Under the pieces are notes generated by a model. The model saw nothing but the letters and a program-made list of their open reading frames with translations, was not told where the DNA came from and searched no databases. From a virus (Duplodnaviria > Caudoviricetes): a DNA stretch of 64,000 nt. Shown one piece after another: positions 30,732-39,982 of this stretch. The position numbers were made by a program, and so were the translations under genes. Positions within the stretch are counted from its first letter, which is position 1, and each line of letters starts with the position of its first letter. The stretch is from the IMG/VR virus record IMGVR_UViG_3300021958_000049, positions 1 through 64,000 of that record, one strand, 5' to 3'.

Positions 30732-31175
30732 ATGAAATTTTTAAAAATCAGACCAGTCAAAGATCCTACAAGAGGAACCTCTAAATCTGCAGGTATCGAC
30801 CTTTACATTCCTTACGAATTTAATGACTTAACATTACAACCTGGAGAATCTATTTTGATTCCGTCTGGTCTAAAAGTCGAAGTACCATCTAATCATGTTT
30901 TTGTAGCCATGAATAAAAGTGGTATCGCAACTAAACGTGGTTTACAAGTCGGTGCTTGTGTAATCGATGAAGATTATCAAGGTGAAATTCATATCCATCT
31001 TACAAACATAACTAAAAACCCAGCTTTCATTAGCGGTGGTGATAAAATAGTTCAATGTTTAATCCTTCCAATCAATTACGAAGGCGTTGAAATAGTCGAT
31101 GACGAGAGTGAAATGTGGAATGGCGAAGTGACCGAAAGAGGATCCGGAGGGTTTGGATCGACTGGAACAAAATAA
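30732..31175 (+). CDS. dut: Trimeric dUTPase
   Basis: SAGIDL, NKSG, VIDEDYQG, IVQ and RGSGGFGSTG motifs. Confidence 0.95.
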   Translation: MKFLKIRPVKDPTRGTSKSAGIDLYIPYEFNDLTLQPGESILIPSGLKVEVPSNHVFVAMNKSGIATKRGLQVGACVIDEDYQGEIHIHLTNITKNPAFISGGDKIVQCLILPINYEGVEIVDDESEMWNGEVTERGSGGFGSTGTK

Positions 31176-31184
31176 AATATTAAT

Positions 31185-31406
31185 ATGGAAAATGCAATGC
31201 AAGGAGCACCACAAATTGGACTGAATAATACAACCGAAATTAAATGTGAAGAATGTGAATCTGAATTCTTTGTGCAAGCATATAATTTACGTAAAGCATC
31301 TAAATTATTAACTGGATCTCCAAAAGATATGGTTATGCCAATACCAATTTTTAGATGTGCAGACTGCGGTAATGTTAATGAAGAATTTAAACCAAAAAAT
31401 AAATGA
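31185..31406 (+). CDS. Small Zn-ribbon protein
   Basis: CEEC...CADC. Confidence 0.65.
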   Translation: MENAMQGAPQIGLNNTTEIKCEECESEFFVQAYNLRKASKLLTGSPKDMVMPIPIFRCADCGNVNEEFKPKNK

Positions 31407-32788
31407 TATTAGATATTGAAAGCAAATGGAACAATGTTCGAATTTCTTATTTTGATAAAGAAGGTAATGTTAAATTAAAAGATTATCGAATAAATGATAT
31501 TCAAAATTGGACAGTGTGTTCCGAAACCGACAAAAACAAAAGCACAGATTACCGAAATTGGGATGGTAAACCTGTCAAAAAAGCAAAAGATCGTTATTTA
31601 AATAAATGGTCAATGTATGAATTCATACAGAATAACGAAGACTTAGAAGAATTATCCGCATTAAACTTTCCTAAAATATATTCAATTGATATTGAAACCG
31701 AAGTTATCGATGGTTTTCCTAATCCAGATATTGCAAGAGAACGTATTACAACAATAGCCATTGCAACTCAAGATAAAAAGGTAATGGTATTAGGATGGAA
31801 ACCTATTACCAAAGAACAAGAAAAAGAAATTTACGATAATACAAAAAATCACTTAAAAGCATTTGGTGATTGGGAATTTAAATATGTAAATTTCGATGAT
31901 GAATATAATATGTTATACACATATATACATCGATTATTACCTACAATGGCATTCGTAACAGGTTGGAATTATATCGGTTTTGACTGGAAATATATTTACA
32001 ATCGTTGCAGAAAACTAGGAATAGATCCAGCTCAAGCCTCTCCATCTAAAAAAGTTAATCGAGATAATATTCCATTACATATTGCAATGATGGATTATCT
32101 TGACATTTACCGTAGATTTGATCGTACTGTCGCAGTTAAAGAAAATAATACACTAGATTTTGTATCACAAACGGTTTTAGGTGCACAAAAAATTAAATAT
32201 AACGGTACCTTACAAGAATTATACGAACAAGATTATGATAAATATGTTTTCTATAATGCAGTTGATGCGGCTTTAGTAGTAGAAATTCACGAAAAAATTG
32301 CAACCCTCAACGCAGTATTATCAGTATCTGTTTTATGTAATATTAGTTTATATAAATCAGTATCTGCTGTAAATATTACCGAAGCATTCTTATGGAAAAA
32401 ATATTACGAACGAGGTTTTGTAGTTGGTGATGAATTTATTAGACCTGGTGAACGAAAAGGTTATGAAGGTGCATACGTTAAAGAACCACAAACCGGTTTT
32501 TACAAAGGCGCTGCATGTTTTGATTTCGCTTCTCTATATCCATCAATTATGAGACAAATAAATATTTCTCCTGAATCCTTTATTAAAAAGGAAATGAATC
32601 AAGAAAAACTTGCAGAATTAAGGAAAGATAAAACCAAGATTGTATCGGTCACTGGTGCTGTTTATCATAAAGAAGATAGCGCAATGAAAGATATTCTTAC
32701 TGAATTATATTCTAAACGAAAGGTGCATAAAAAACGTCACCTTGAATTAGAAGTTGAAATACAAAAACTAAAAAAACAATTAAAATAA
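31403..32788 (+). CDS. gp43: DNA polymerase family B, N-terminal subunit (exonuclease plus palm motif A)
   Basis: SIDIET (ExoI), GWNYIGFD (ExoII), YNAVD (ExoIII) and FDFASLYPSIM. The protein stops in the first fingers helix. Confidence 0.92.
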   Translation: MILDIESKWNNVRISYFDKEGNVKLKDYRINDIQNWTVCSETDKNKSTDYRNWDGKPVKKAKDRYLNKWSMYEFIQNNEDLEELSALNFPKIYSIDIETEVIDGFPNPDIARERITTIAIATQDKKVMVLGWKPITKEQEKEIYDNTKNHLKAFGDWEFKYVNFDDEYNMLYTYIHRLLPTMAFVTGWNYIGFDWKYIYNRCRKLGIDPAQASPSKKVNRDNIPLHIAMMDYLDIYRRFDRTVAVKENNTLDFVSQTVLGAQKIKYNGTLQELYEQDYDKYVFYNAVDAALVVEIHEKIATLNAVLSVSVLCNISLYKSVSAVNITEAFLWKKYYERGFVVGDEFIRPGERKGYEGAYVKEPQTGFYKGAACFDFASLYPSIMRQINISPESFIKKEMNQEKLAELRKDKTKIVSVTGAVYHKEDSAMKDILTELYSKRKVHKKRHLELEVEIQKLKKQLK

Positions 32789-32791
32789 ATT

Positions 32792-33793
32792 ATGGATAAA
32801 CCTAAGTTATTTACCGAAAGAATTCCTTACAAACCTTTCGAATTTCCAACATACTATCTAGATGGATGGTTACCCCAAGCCCAAGCATTTTGGTTGCATA
32901 CTGAAATACCTATGCAAAGCGATGTTAAGGACTGGAAAGAAAAATTAACCGATTCTGAAAAAAATCTAGTTGGAAATATCCTTTTAGGATTTGCACAAAC
33001 CGAGTGTGCAGTATCTGATTATTGGACTACTATGGTAACTAAATGGTTTCCTAAACATGAAATACGCCAAATGGCAATGATGTTCGGTTCACAAGAAACT
33101 ATTCATGCAGTCGCATATTCTTACTTAAATGAAACATTAGGTCTTGAAGATTTTGAAGCATTTTTACACGAACCAACTATCGCTGAAAAATTCGAACATC
33201 TAACTTCGACATCAGCGGATTACACACATAATGATTTATCTAAAGATCCTAACGCTAGAATGGAAGTGGCTAGATCTCTTGCTATATTTTCTGCCTTTGC
33301 AGAAGGCGTTAGTTTATATAGCTCTTTTGCAGTCTTATATAGCTTTCAATTACGAAATCTTTTAAAAGGTATTGGACAACAAATGAAATGGAGTGTACGA
33401 GATGAATCATTACATTCAAGAATGGGTTGTGCTTTATTCCGTCACATGTGTGAAGAATATCCTGAATTAAAAGATGAGGTTGAAGAATCTGTACAAACTG
33501 CTGCTAAATTAATGGTTGAGATGGAACATAAATTTATAGATAAAATGTTCGAAGAGGGTGATTTAACTAACCTTAAGAAAAATGATCTTAAAAACTTTAT
33601 TCTAGAAAGAGCTAACGAAAAATTAAAGGAGTTAGGATATAAATCAACTATGGAATATGATAAAGAATCTGCTGCAGAACTAGAATGGTTTGGACATCTT
33701 GCAGGTGGAGTAACTCATACAGACTTTTTCGCAACTAGATCTACAGATTATTCAAAGGCTGGTGAAGGAGATGACTGGGGTGATATATGGTAA
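32792..33793 (+). CDS. nrdB: Class I ribonucleotide reductase small subunit
   Basis: QETIHAVAYS, FAEGVSLYSSF, VRDESLH and a C-terminal DFFA. Confidence 0.95.
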   Translation: MDKPKLFTERIPYKPFEFPTYYLDGWLPQAQAFWLHTEIPMQSDVKDWKEKLTDSEKNLVGNILLGFAQTECAVSDYWTTMVTKWFPKHEIRQMAMMFGSQETIHAVAYSYLNETLGLEDFEAFLHEPTIAEKFEHLTSTSADYTHNDLSKDPNARMEVARSLAIFSAFAEGVSLYSSFAVLYSFQLRNLLKGIGQQMKWSVRDESLHSRMGCALFRHMCEEYPELKDEVEESVQTAAKLMVEMEHKFIDKMFEEGDLTNLKKNDLKNFILERANEKLKELGYKSTMEYDKESAAELEWFGHLAGGVTHTDFFATRSTDYSKAGEGDDWGDIW

Positions 33794-33816
33794 ACAATAA
33801 AAATATAAAAAATTAA

Positions 33817-35589
33817 ATGAAGAATTACGCAGAAGAATTAGGTTGGGAAGTAGACGTAGACTTTCCAGGTTGGGGTAATAATCAACCATATATCGAAACA
33901 ATATCTAGAGGATATTTATTAGATGGAGAAACTCCAAAGGATGCATATTGGAGAGTTGCAACTACAGTAGCTAAAAGATTAAATAAACCAGAACTAGCAA
34001 GTAAGTTTTTTAATTATATTTGGCAAGGATGGTTGTGTTTAGCATCACCAGTTTTAAGTAATACTGGTACTGATCGAGGATTACCTATTAGTTGCTTTGG
34101 TATTGATGTCGGAGATTCTATTTACGAAATCGGTAGAAAGAATTTAGAAATGATGTTGCTAGCGAAGAATGGTGGTGGTGTTGGTATTGGAGTAAATCAA
34201 ATACGTCCAGCTGGCTCACCAATCGCACTTAATGGAACTACCGATGGAGTAGTACCGTTTTGTAAAATATACGATTCAACAATCATTGCAACAAATCAAG
34301 GAAGTGTAAGACGTGGTGCTGCTTCAGTAAATCTAAATATAGAACATGATGATTTTCTCGATTGGTTAGAGATTCGTGAACCTAAAGGAGATGTAAATAG
34401 ACAATCTCTGAATTTGCATCAATGTGCTCTAGTTGGGGACAAATTTATGAGAAAATTACAAGATGGGGATCCTGATGCTCGTGAGAGATGGATGGCGCTT
34501 TTGAAGAAACGTAGACAAACCGGAGAACCATATGTAATGTATCGTGGAAATGTAAATAAGAATAACCCAGATGCATACAAGAAAAACGGATTAAAAGTTT
34601 ATATGACAAACATCTGTAGCGAAATCGTATTACATACCGACGAATCGCATAGTTTCGTATGCTGCCTCAGTTCCTTAAATTTATCTAAATACGATGAGTG
34701 GAAAGATACTGAATTAGTATATTACTCAACAATGTTCCTCGATGGTGTACTTGAAGAATTCATACAAAAATCTAAATATCGTCAAGGTTTTGAAAACGCC
34801 GTTCGTTCCGCCGAAAAAGGCAGAGCCTTAGGTCTCGGAGTTCTCGGATGGCATACATATTTACAACAAAAAGGAATTCCTTTCGAAGGTCTTCAAGCGC
34901 AATTTGAAACCCGAAAAATCTTCTCTCAAATTAAGGCACACTCCGAACATGCTTCACAAGATATGGCAAAACAATATGGAGAGCCCCTTTGGTGTGTAGG
35001 AACCGGAATGAGAAATTCGCATCTCCGAGCAATTGCCCCTACTGTTTCTAATTCAAAATTAGCCGGTGGCGTTTCGAGTGGTATTGAACCCCTTCCTGCA
35101 AATGTTTATACTGAACAAAGTGCAAAAGGGACGTTTATTCGAAAAAACAAAGAGTTAGAAAAAGTACTACGAAAAGTTGGAATTAATAATAAAGAAACGT
35201 GGGATTTAATATTACAAGATGCTGGAAGCGTACAAGGAATCGATGAATTAGATAATTGGTGTTATTATGAAGGTAAACTAAATCAAATATCTGAATTACC
35301 TGAAGGTGCTGAATATGACAAAGTTAAAAGTGTATTTAAAACATTTAGAGAAATTAATCAATTAGAATTAATTCGTCAAGCTGGTGTTAGACAGCAATAC
35401 ATCGATCAAGCAATGTCCCTTAATTTAGCATTTCCTAAAGAAGCTACTCCTAAATGGATAAATCAAGTTCACATGGAAGCTTGGGAAAAAGGAATTAAAA
35501 CTCTTTATTATATGAGAACTGAATCTGTTTTACGTGGTGATATTGCTGCTCAGGCAATGGATCCTGATTGTTTACATTGCGAAGGATAA
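33817..35589 (+). CDS. nrdA: Class I ribonucleotide reductase large subunit (short; no obvious ATP cone)
   Basis: ASPVLSN, PISCF, TNICSE, VCCLSSLNL, AIAPT, KTLYY and a C-terminal CLHC. Confidence 0.95.
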   Translation: MKNYAEELGWEVDVDFPGWGNNQPYIETISRGYLLDGETPKDAYWRVATTVAKRLNKPELASKFFNYIWQGWLCLASPVLSNTGTDRGLPISCFGIDVGDSIYEIGRKNLEMMLLAKNGGGVGIGVNQIRPAGSPIALNGTTDGVVPFCKIYDSTIIATNQGSVRRGAASVNLNIEHDDFLDWLEIREPKGDVNRQSLNLHQCALVGDKFMRKLQDGDPDARERWMALLKKRRQTGEPYVMYRGNVNKNNPDAYKKNGLKVYMTNICSEIVLHTDESHSFVCCLSSLNLSKYDEWKDTELVYYSTMFLDGVLEEFIQKSKYRQGFENAVRSAEKGRALGLGVLGWHTYLQQKGIPFEGLQAQFETRKIFSQIKAHSEHASQDMAKQYGEPLWCVGTGMRNSHLRAIAPTVSNSKLAGGVSSGIEPLPANVYTEQSAKGTFIRKNKELEKVLRKVGINNKETWDLILQDAGSVQGIDELDNWCYYEGKLNQISELPEGAEYDKVKSVFKTFREINQLELIRQAGVRQQYIDQAMSLNLAFPKEATPKWINQVHMEAWEKGIKTLYYMRTESVLRGDIAAQAMDPDCLHCEG

Positions 35590-35597
35590 TTATGGTA

Positions 35598-35663
35598 GTG
35601 GGTTTTGTGTTTGGTATTAGATATATAATTCTCTGAGCTCCGAACGCTGAGCACAAAACCCAC
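35598..35663 (+). promoter_or_regulatory. Long stem-loop enclosing a late-promoter-like GATATATA
   Basis: GTGGGTTTTGTG (35598-35609) pairs with CACAAAACCCAC (35652-35663), extendable inward by 6 pairs (4 G-U). GATATATA is at 35620-35627, in the loop. Confidence 0.7.
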
Positions 35664-35682
35664 AAAATAATTTATTAATATA

Positions 35683-36300
35683 ATGAAGAAATTCTTATTA
35701 GCCATTAATGGCCTGTTTCTTGCTGCAGGCATATATGCACAACAATGTGATTTAGAAATGTTAAATATGGATTGGGATAACCAAGCTATAACAATAACTT
35801 TAAATAACAATGTTTGTTCTAATTCATCAACTCCAACATGGATTCCTTATCCGGATTCAGTATATGTAGTACAATTAGGATTAAGTTACGATGGTACTAC
35901 TTGTATCATTCCATCTAATTCTACTAATTTTTATCCACCACTAGGATTAAATGATACTCTTACATATACCTTTAGTGATTGGACAGATCCTTTTAATTGT
36001 TTTGACAGCGCATTTGATTACTATCAAGAAACTTGCATAGTTACGATTTCTGTTGTAGGTCCTAATAATTCTATTAACCTAGATATGAATAATGGAAATA
36101 ACTATATAGGATTCAATCCGATATGGGATAACTGCTATAATTCAGTCAATGTTATTGAATTAGTAAATAATGATAAAGAGGTAACTGGTGTATTTGATTT
36201 TCTAGGTCGATATATTCAAAAGGATATAATTGGATTAGAATCTGGAAAAATGTATCTAATAAGATACAAAGATGGTACTATAACAAAATTACTTTATTGA
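35683..36300 (+). CDS. Secreted protein with a Sec signal peptide and a T9SS type-A-like C-terminal sorting domain
   Basis: MKKFLLAINGLFLAAGIYA|QQ; the C-terminus is VFDFLGR...GLESGKMYLIRYKDGTITKLLY. Confidence 0.6.
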   Translation: MKKFLLAINGLFLAAGIYAQQCDLEMLNMDWDNQAITITLNNNVCSNSSTPTWIPYPDSVYVVQLGLSYDGTTCIIPSNSTNFYPPLGLNDTLTYTFSDWTDPFNCFDSAFDYYQETCIVTISVVGPNNSINLDMNNGNNYIGFNPIWDNCYNSVNVIELVNNDKEVTGVFDFLGRYIQKDIIGLESGKMYLIRYKDGTITKLLY

Positions 36301-36327
36301 AACTAAAGATCTCTAACTGCATATAAT
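36299..36327 (+). promoter_or_regulatory. GAAACT-N17-TATAAT promoter-like element
   Basis: Exact motif upstream of the clamp / polymerase C-half / UvsX operon. Confidence 0.7.
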
Positions 36328-36345
36328 AATTAAAATATAAAACTT

Positions 36346-37086
36346 ATGCAGTTAGAGATTACAAAAATTTATCCAGGACCTCTTACCAATACAGTAAAGA
36401 AACTCCTACTCATGGATCAATCGGTATACCTTAATCTTACCGATGATACCATATTTTCGAATTCGTATTTGCCAACTAAAGACGTTGCAAAAATCGTAAT
36501 TACTCCAACAAGTGAAATATTTGAATTTGAACAAAAACCAGATATGCCAGTTAAGATATCGTTTTTTGCTGGTCAAAAACTGATTGATTGTTTAAAATTC
36601 TTTGATATTCATAATTTACGAGGAACATTACATTATTATCAAGAAGGCGAAGAATATTTCGCTGAAAAGCTAATTATTCGAGATGGTGTTCTTGAAGTTA
36701 CTTTACATTGTGCCGATGTTTCACTCGGTTTTACTACAATGTCCGAAACTCAAGTAAGTGCCGCATTTGGTAAAGATAATTCAATATATGAATTTGATCT
36801 TTCGCAAGAAAATTTATCAAAATTAAATAATCTTATTACGTTAGATAAAAACGAGTTATTTAAGATTTACTCAGATAATCGAGGTGTTCATGTGGCTGGT
36901 GATACTTATGATATTATTATCGACGATTCCGTAACCGAAACTCACAGATCAGTAGATTTATTTAAAACATTCTTTTCTAGAATTGATAAAGAATCGTATA
37001 AAGTAACCGTATGTCAAAATAAACTTCTATTAGATTCAGAAGATTCTTCAACCAGGGTTGCTCTTAACCTTGCAATAAAAGCTTAA
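36346..37086 (+). CDS. gp45: Putative sliding clamp (gp45-like)
   Basis: 246 aa with a two-domain alpha/beta clamp-like pattern, coupled (TAATG) to the polymerase C-half. A clamp loader is encoded in the window. Confidence 0.55.
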   Translation: MQLEITKIYPGPLTNTVKKLLLMDQSVYLNLTDDTIFSNSYLPTKDVAKIVITPTSEIFEFEQKPDMPVKISFFAGQKLIDCLKFFDIHNLRGTLHYYQEGEEYFAEKLIIRDGVLEVTLHCADVSLGFTTMSETQVSAAFGKDNSIYEFDLSQENLSKLNNLITLDKNELFKIYSDNRGVHVAGDTYDIIIDDSVTETHRSVDLFKTFFSRIDKESYKVTVCQNKLLLDSEDSSTRVALNLAIKA

Positions 37087-38219
37087 TGAAAGAACTAGAA
37101 GCGAAAATAAAATCGATGGAGCATGAAAGCTTGATGAATTACAATCTCGAGCAAGCAATTAAATTAGCGATTAACTCAATTTATGGTGCATTCGCTAATG
37201 ATTACTTTCATTTCCGTAGTACTGATATTGCCGAAACAGTTACGCTTCAAGGTCAAGATGCCATTAAACATACCGAAGTAAACGTAGAAAAATACTTCAA
37301 GGAGTTTTGGCACAAAGATAAAAAGTTACACGAAGCAATGGGTATTACTGGTGAAGTAAAACCATTAACACAAAATGTTTGGAAATATACTGATACTGAT
37401 TCAGGTTATATTATATTTGAAGAAGTAATGGAATCATGTAATTGGCAAGGTACAGTAATGGACTTTATCTTAAAAATTAATAAGCATAGGTTAGCCGATT
37501 ATATTAAAATGGTTCTTCAAAAATATGCAGAATCATATAACTCTGATAATTTCTTAGATTTTGAATTAGAAACTATTGCACACAATGCAATATGGGTAGC
37601 GAAAAAGAAATATGTTCAAAATATAATATGGAAGGATGGTAAAACTTTCGATGCAGGATCTTACATATCAACAAAAGGTTTAGAAATTATACAATCATCC
37701 ACTCCGGCATTTTGTAGAGATAAACTAACTGATCTTGTTAAATTTCTTTTTTCTAAAGATAAATTAGATAATGATGCTATTGGTGGATTAACCAGAGTTC
37801 TTAAAGAAATTAAGAAAGAATTTCAATTAGCTGATATTGAACAAATATCATCAAATCGTAGAATAGGTGATTACAATAAATTTGTAATAAATGATACAAA
37901 CGAATTTGAATTAGCTAAAGGATGTCCAATACATGTTCGAGCAGGTGCTCATCATAATTATCTCGTTAATAATTCAAAACAAAAGAATGATTTTGAAATG
38001 ATTAAAACCAGCGATAAAATTAGATGGTATTATGCATCAGATCAATTTTGCGATGTATTTGGATATTTACCTGGAAACTTTCCATATCAATTAGCACCTA
38101 AAATCGATATAGATCGACAATTTGAAATGTTTATATTAGAACCATTAAATCGAATTATCATTCCATCAGGAATGCCAAGATTAAACCGAAGTTTAGCATA
38201 TACAATATCACTATTTTAA
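37086..38219 (+). CDS. gp43: DNA polymerase family B, C-terminal subunit
   Basis: KLAINSIYG (motif B), YTDTDS (motif C), KKKY, KGLEIIQSSTP and a hydrophobic C-terminal TISLF. Confidence 0.92.
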   Translation: MKELEAKIKSMEHESLMNYNLEQAIKLAINSIYGAFANDYFHFRSTDIAETVTLQGQDAIKHTEVNVEKYFKEFWHKDKKLHEAMGITGEVKPLTQNVWKYTDTDSGYIIFEEVMESCNWQGTVMDFILKINKHRLADYIKMVLQKYAESYNSDNFLDFELETIAHNAIWVAKKKYVQNIIWKDGKTFDAGSYISTKGLEIIQSSTPAFCRDKLTDLVKFLFSKDKLDNDAIGGLTRVLKEIKKEFQLADIEQISSNRRIGDYNKFVINDTNEFELAKGCPIHVRAGAHHNYLVNNSKQKNDFEMIKTSDKIRWYYASDQFCDVFGYLPGNFPYQLAPKIDIDRQFEMFILEPLNRIIIPSGMPRLNRSLAYTISLF

Positions 38220-38233
38220 AAAAAAACAATAAT

Positions 38234-38467
38234 ATGAAATACACAGTAGACGAAGAAAGAAAAACAATAACAATTCATAATTTTGGATTGAATTTAAAAG
38301 TTTATGATTTAACAGTAGCTTTCGAAGGATATGAAAACTTTGAAATAATTTGCAACTGTAACACAGATCAATCAGGCTTTAGTAGTAACGGAAGAAGTTG
38401 GGAGAATTATACATACGTACCAGAATCTAATGGATGTAGTAATTGTAACTGTAATTGTAAAAATTAA
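38234..38467 (+). CDS. Small Cys-rich hypothetical protein
   Basis: CNCN internally and GCSNCNCNCKN at the C-terminus. Confidence 0.5.
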   Translation: MKYTVDEERKTITIHNFGLNLKVYDLTVAFEGYENFEIICNCNTDQSGFSSNGRSWENYTYVPESNGCSNCNCNCKN

Positions 38468-38475
38468 GAATATAT

Positions 38476-39681
38476 ATGGCAAGTAAAGAATTTTCATTCG
38501 AAGATTTAAATAAATCTTTATCAAAGCATTCTCTATATGGAGAAACCATGGATAGGAGTACCTTTTCTAAAATCGATGAATTTATAGGAACTGGAAACTA
38601 TTTATTAAATGCCTGTTTATCAGGTAGTTTATTTGGTGGTATACCAAACAATAGATCAGTATGTTTTGCAGGACCTTCAGGAACTGGAAAAACATTCTTA
38701 TTATTAAATGTAGTAAGACAAGCACAAGAGCAAGGCTATCAAATCGTTTTTTACGATTCAGAAACTGCAATTGATATTGAATTGATTCAAAAGTTTGGAA
38801 TTGATCCAAAGAAATTTAGATATGAACCTTGTAATACAATACAAGAATTCAGAACATCTATAACTAATTTAGTTAAAATATTAAGTGAACAAAAACGAAA
38901 AGGAGCTGAAGTTCCTAAAATTATGGTTTGCTTAGATTCATTAGGTAACCTTGCTTCTCAAAAAGAAATTGATGATGCAATGAGTGGTAGTGATAAAGCC
39001 GATATGACAAGAGCTAAAACTATTAAATCATTATTCCGTATATTAGGAACTCAATTAGCAGAATGTAAAATACCATTTGTATTTACAAATCACACTTATT
39101 CCGGTCAATCTTTTATCCCTATCGTTACAGCAGGTGGTGGTACTGGACCTGAATACTTCGCTTCAATTATATTATTTTTAAGAAAGGCGCAGTTAAAGGA
39201 AGGACAAGAAAAAGCCGGTATTGTGGTGACAGCGACTCCAAATAAAAATCGTTTTGCTAAACCTACTCCGGTTAAATTCATAATTCATTTTAGCAAAGGT
39301 ATGAATAAATTCATGGGATTACAGAATTATATTTCATGGGAAAATTGCGGTATTGCAAAAGGAAATATTATCCAAGCTAAAGATATCGATAAACAAAAGA
39401 TATCAGATAAAGAAAAGGATAAATTACGAGAAACAATATGGACATCCGAAAAGAATGGATTAGAACTTGCATTCGTTGGTAAAGAAACCGCAAGAAAATA
39501 TGTCGCAAGACATATGGATGATACAATTGATATACAAGAATTGTTTTCTCCTGTAGGATTTCCACAAGAAGTTCTAGAAAATTTAGATAAAAACATTATT
39601 CAACCTAGCTTCTCTTACGGAACTAACGAAACAATCGTTGATGAGTTAGAATCTATAATAGAATCAAATGACGAAGAATGA
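38476..39681 (+). CDS. uvsX: UvsX/RecA-like recombinase
   Basis: FAGPSGTGKT, FYDSE, CLDSLG, DMTRAK and TNHTY. Confidence 0.92.
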   Translation: MASKEFSFEDLNKSLSKHSLYGETMDRSTFSKIDEFIGTGNYLLNACLSGSLFGGIPNNRSVCFAGPSGTGKTFLLLNVVRQAQEQGYQIVFYDSETAIDIELIQKFGIDPKKFRYEPCNTIQEFRTSITNLVKILSEQKRKGAEVPKIMVCLDSLGNLASQKEIDDAMSGSDKADMTRAKTIKSLFRILGTQLAECKIPFVFTNHTYSGQSFIPIVTAGGGTGPEYFASIILFLRKAQLKEGQEKAGIVVTATPNKNRFAKPTPVKFIIHFSKGMNKFMGLQNYISWENCGIAKGNIIQAKDIDKQKISDKEKDKLRETIWTSEKNGLELAFVGKETARKYVARHMDDTIDIQELFSPVGFPQEVLENLDKNIIQPSFSYGTNETIVDELESIIESNDEE

Positions 39682-39976
39682 TTTTAAAATAAAGTATATC
39701 ATTGGAACGTATAAAGATAACGAAGACTATCCAAGTAAAGAAGATCTTTTTGCGATTGCCGATATGTGGTATCATTTAGAAGGTGGTAAATCCTTTATTC
39801 ATGAATATAGAGGCCTTGAAGATAAAGGTGAGACGGTATTTACGAATGCTCTTGTAAAAGAAAAGGATTTACCAAATTCAACTAATGAATTAATAACCGA
39901 GCTAGTAGAATCCGAAAATATATTGGTATTTAAGGAAACTAAACATACAAATTACTATATAATAAATAAACGTTAA
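39668..39976 (+). CDS. Hypothetical protein (occupies the gp40 position between uvsX and 41)
   Basis: ORF and synteny only. Confidence 0.4.
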   Translation: MTKNDFKIKYIIGTYKDNEDYPSKEDLFAIADMWYHLEGGKSFIHEYRGLEDKGETVFTNALVKEKDLPNSTNELITELVESENILVFKETKHTNYYIINKR

Positions 39977-39982
39977 CACATT

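Noticed and set aside
32700-37150. Split intein joining the polymerase halves
   Set aside because: There is no N-terminal Cys/Ser intein block and no C-terminal His-Asn-Cys/Ser/Thr motif at either junction.
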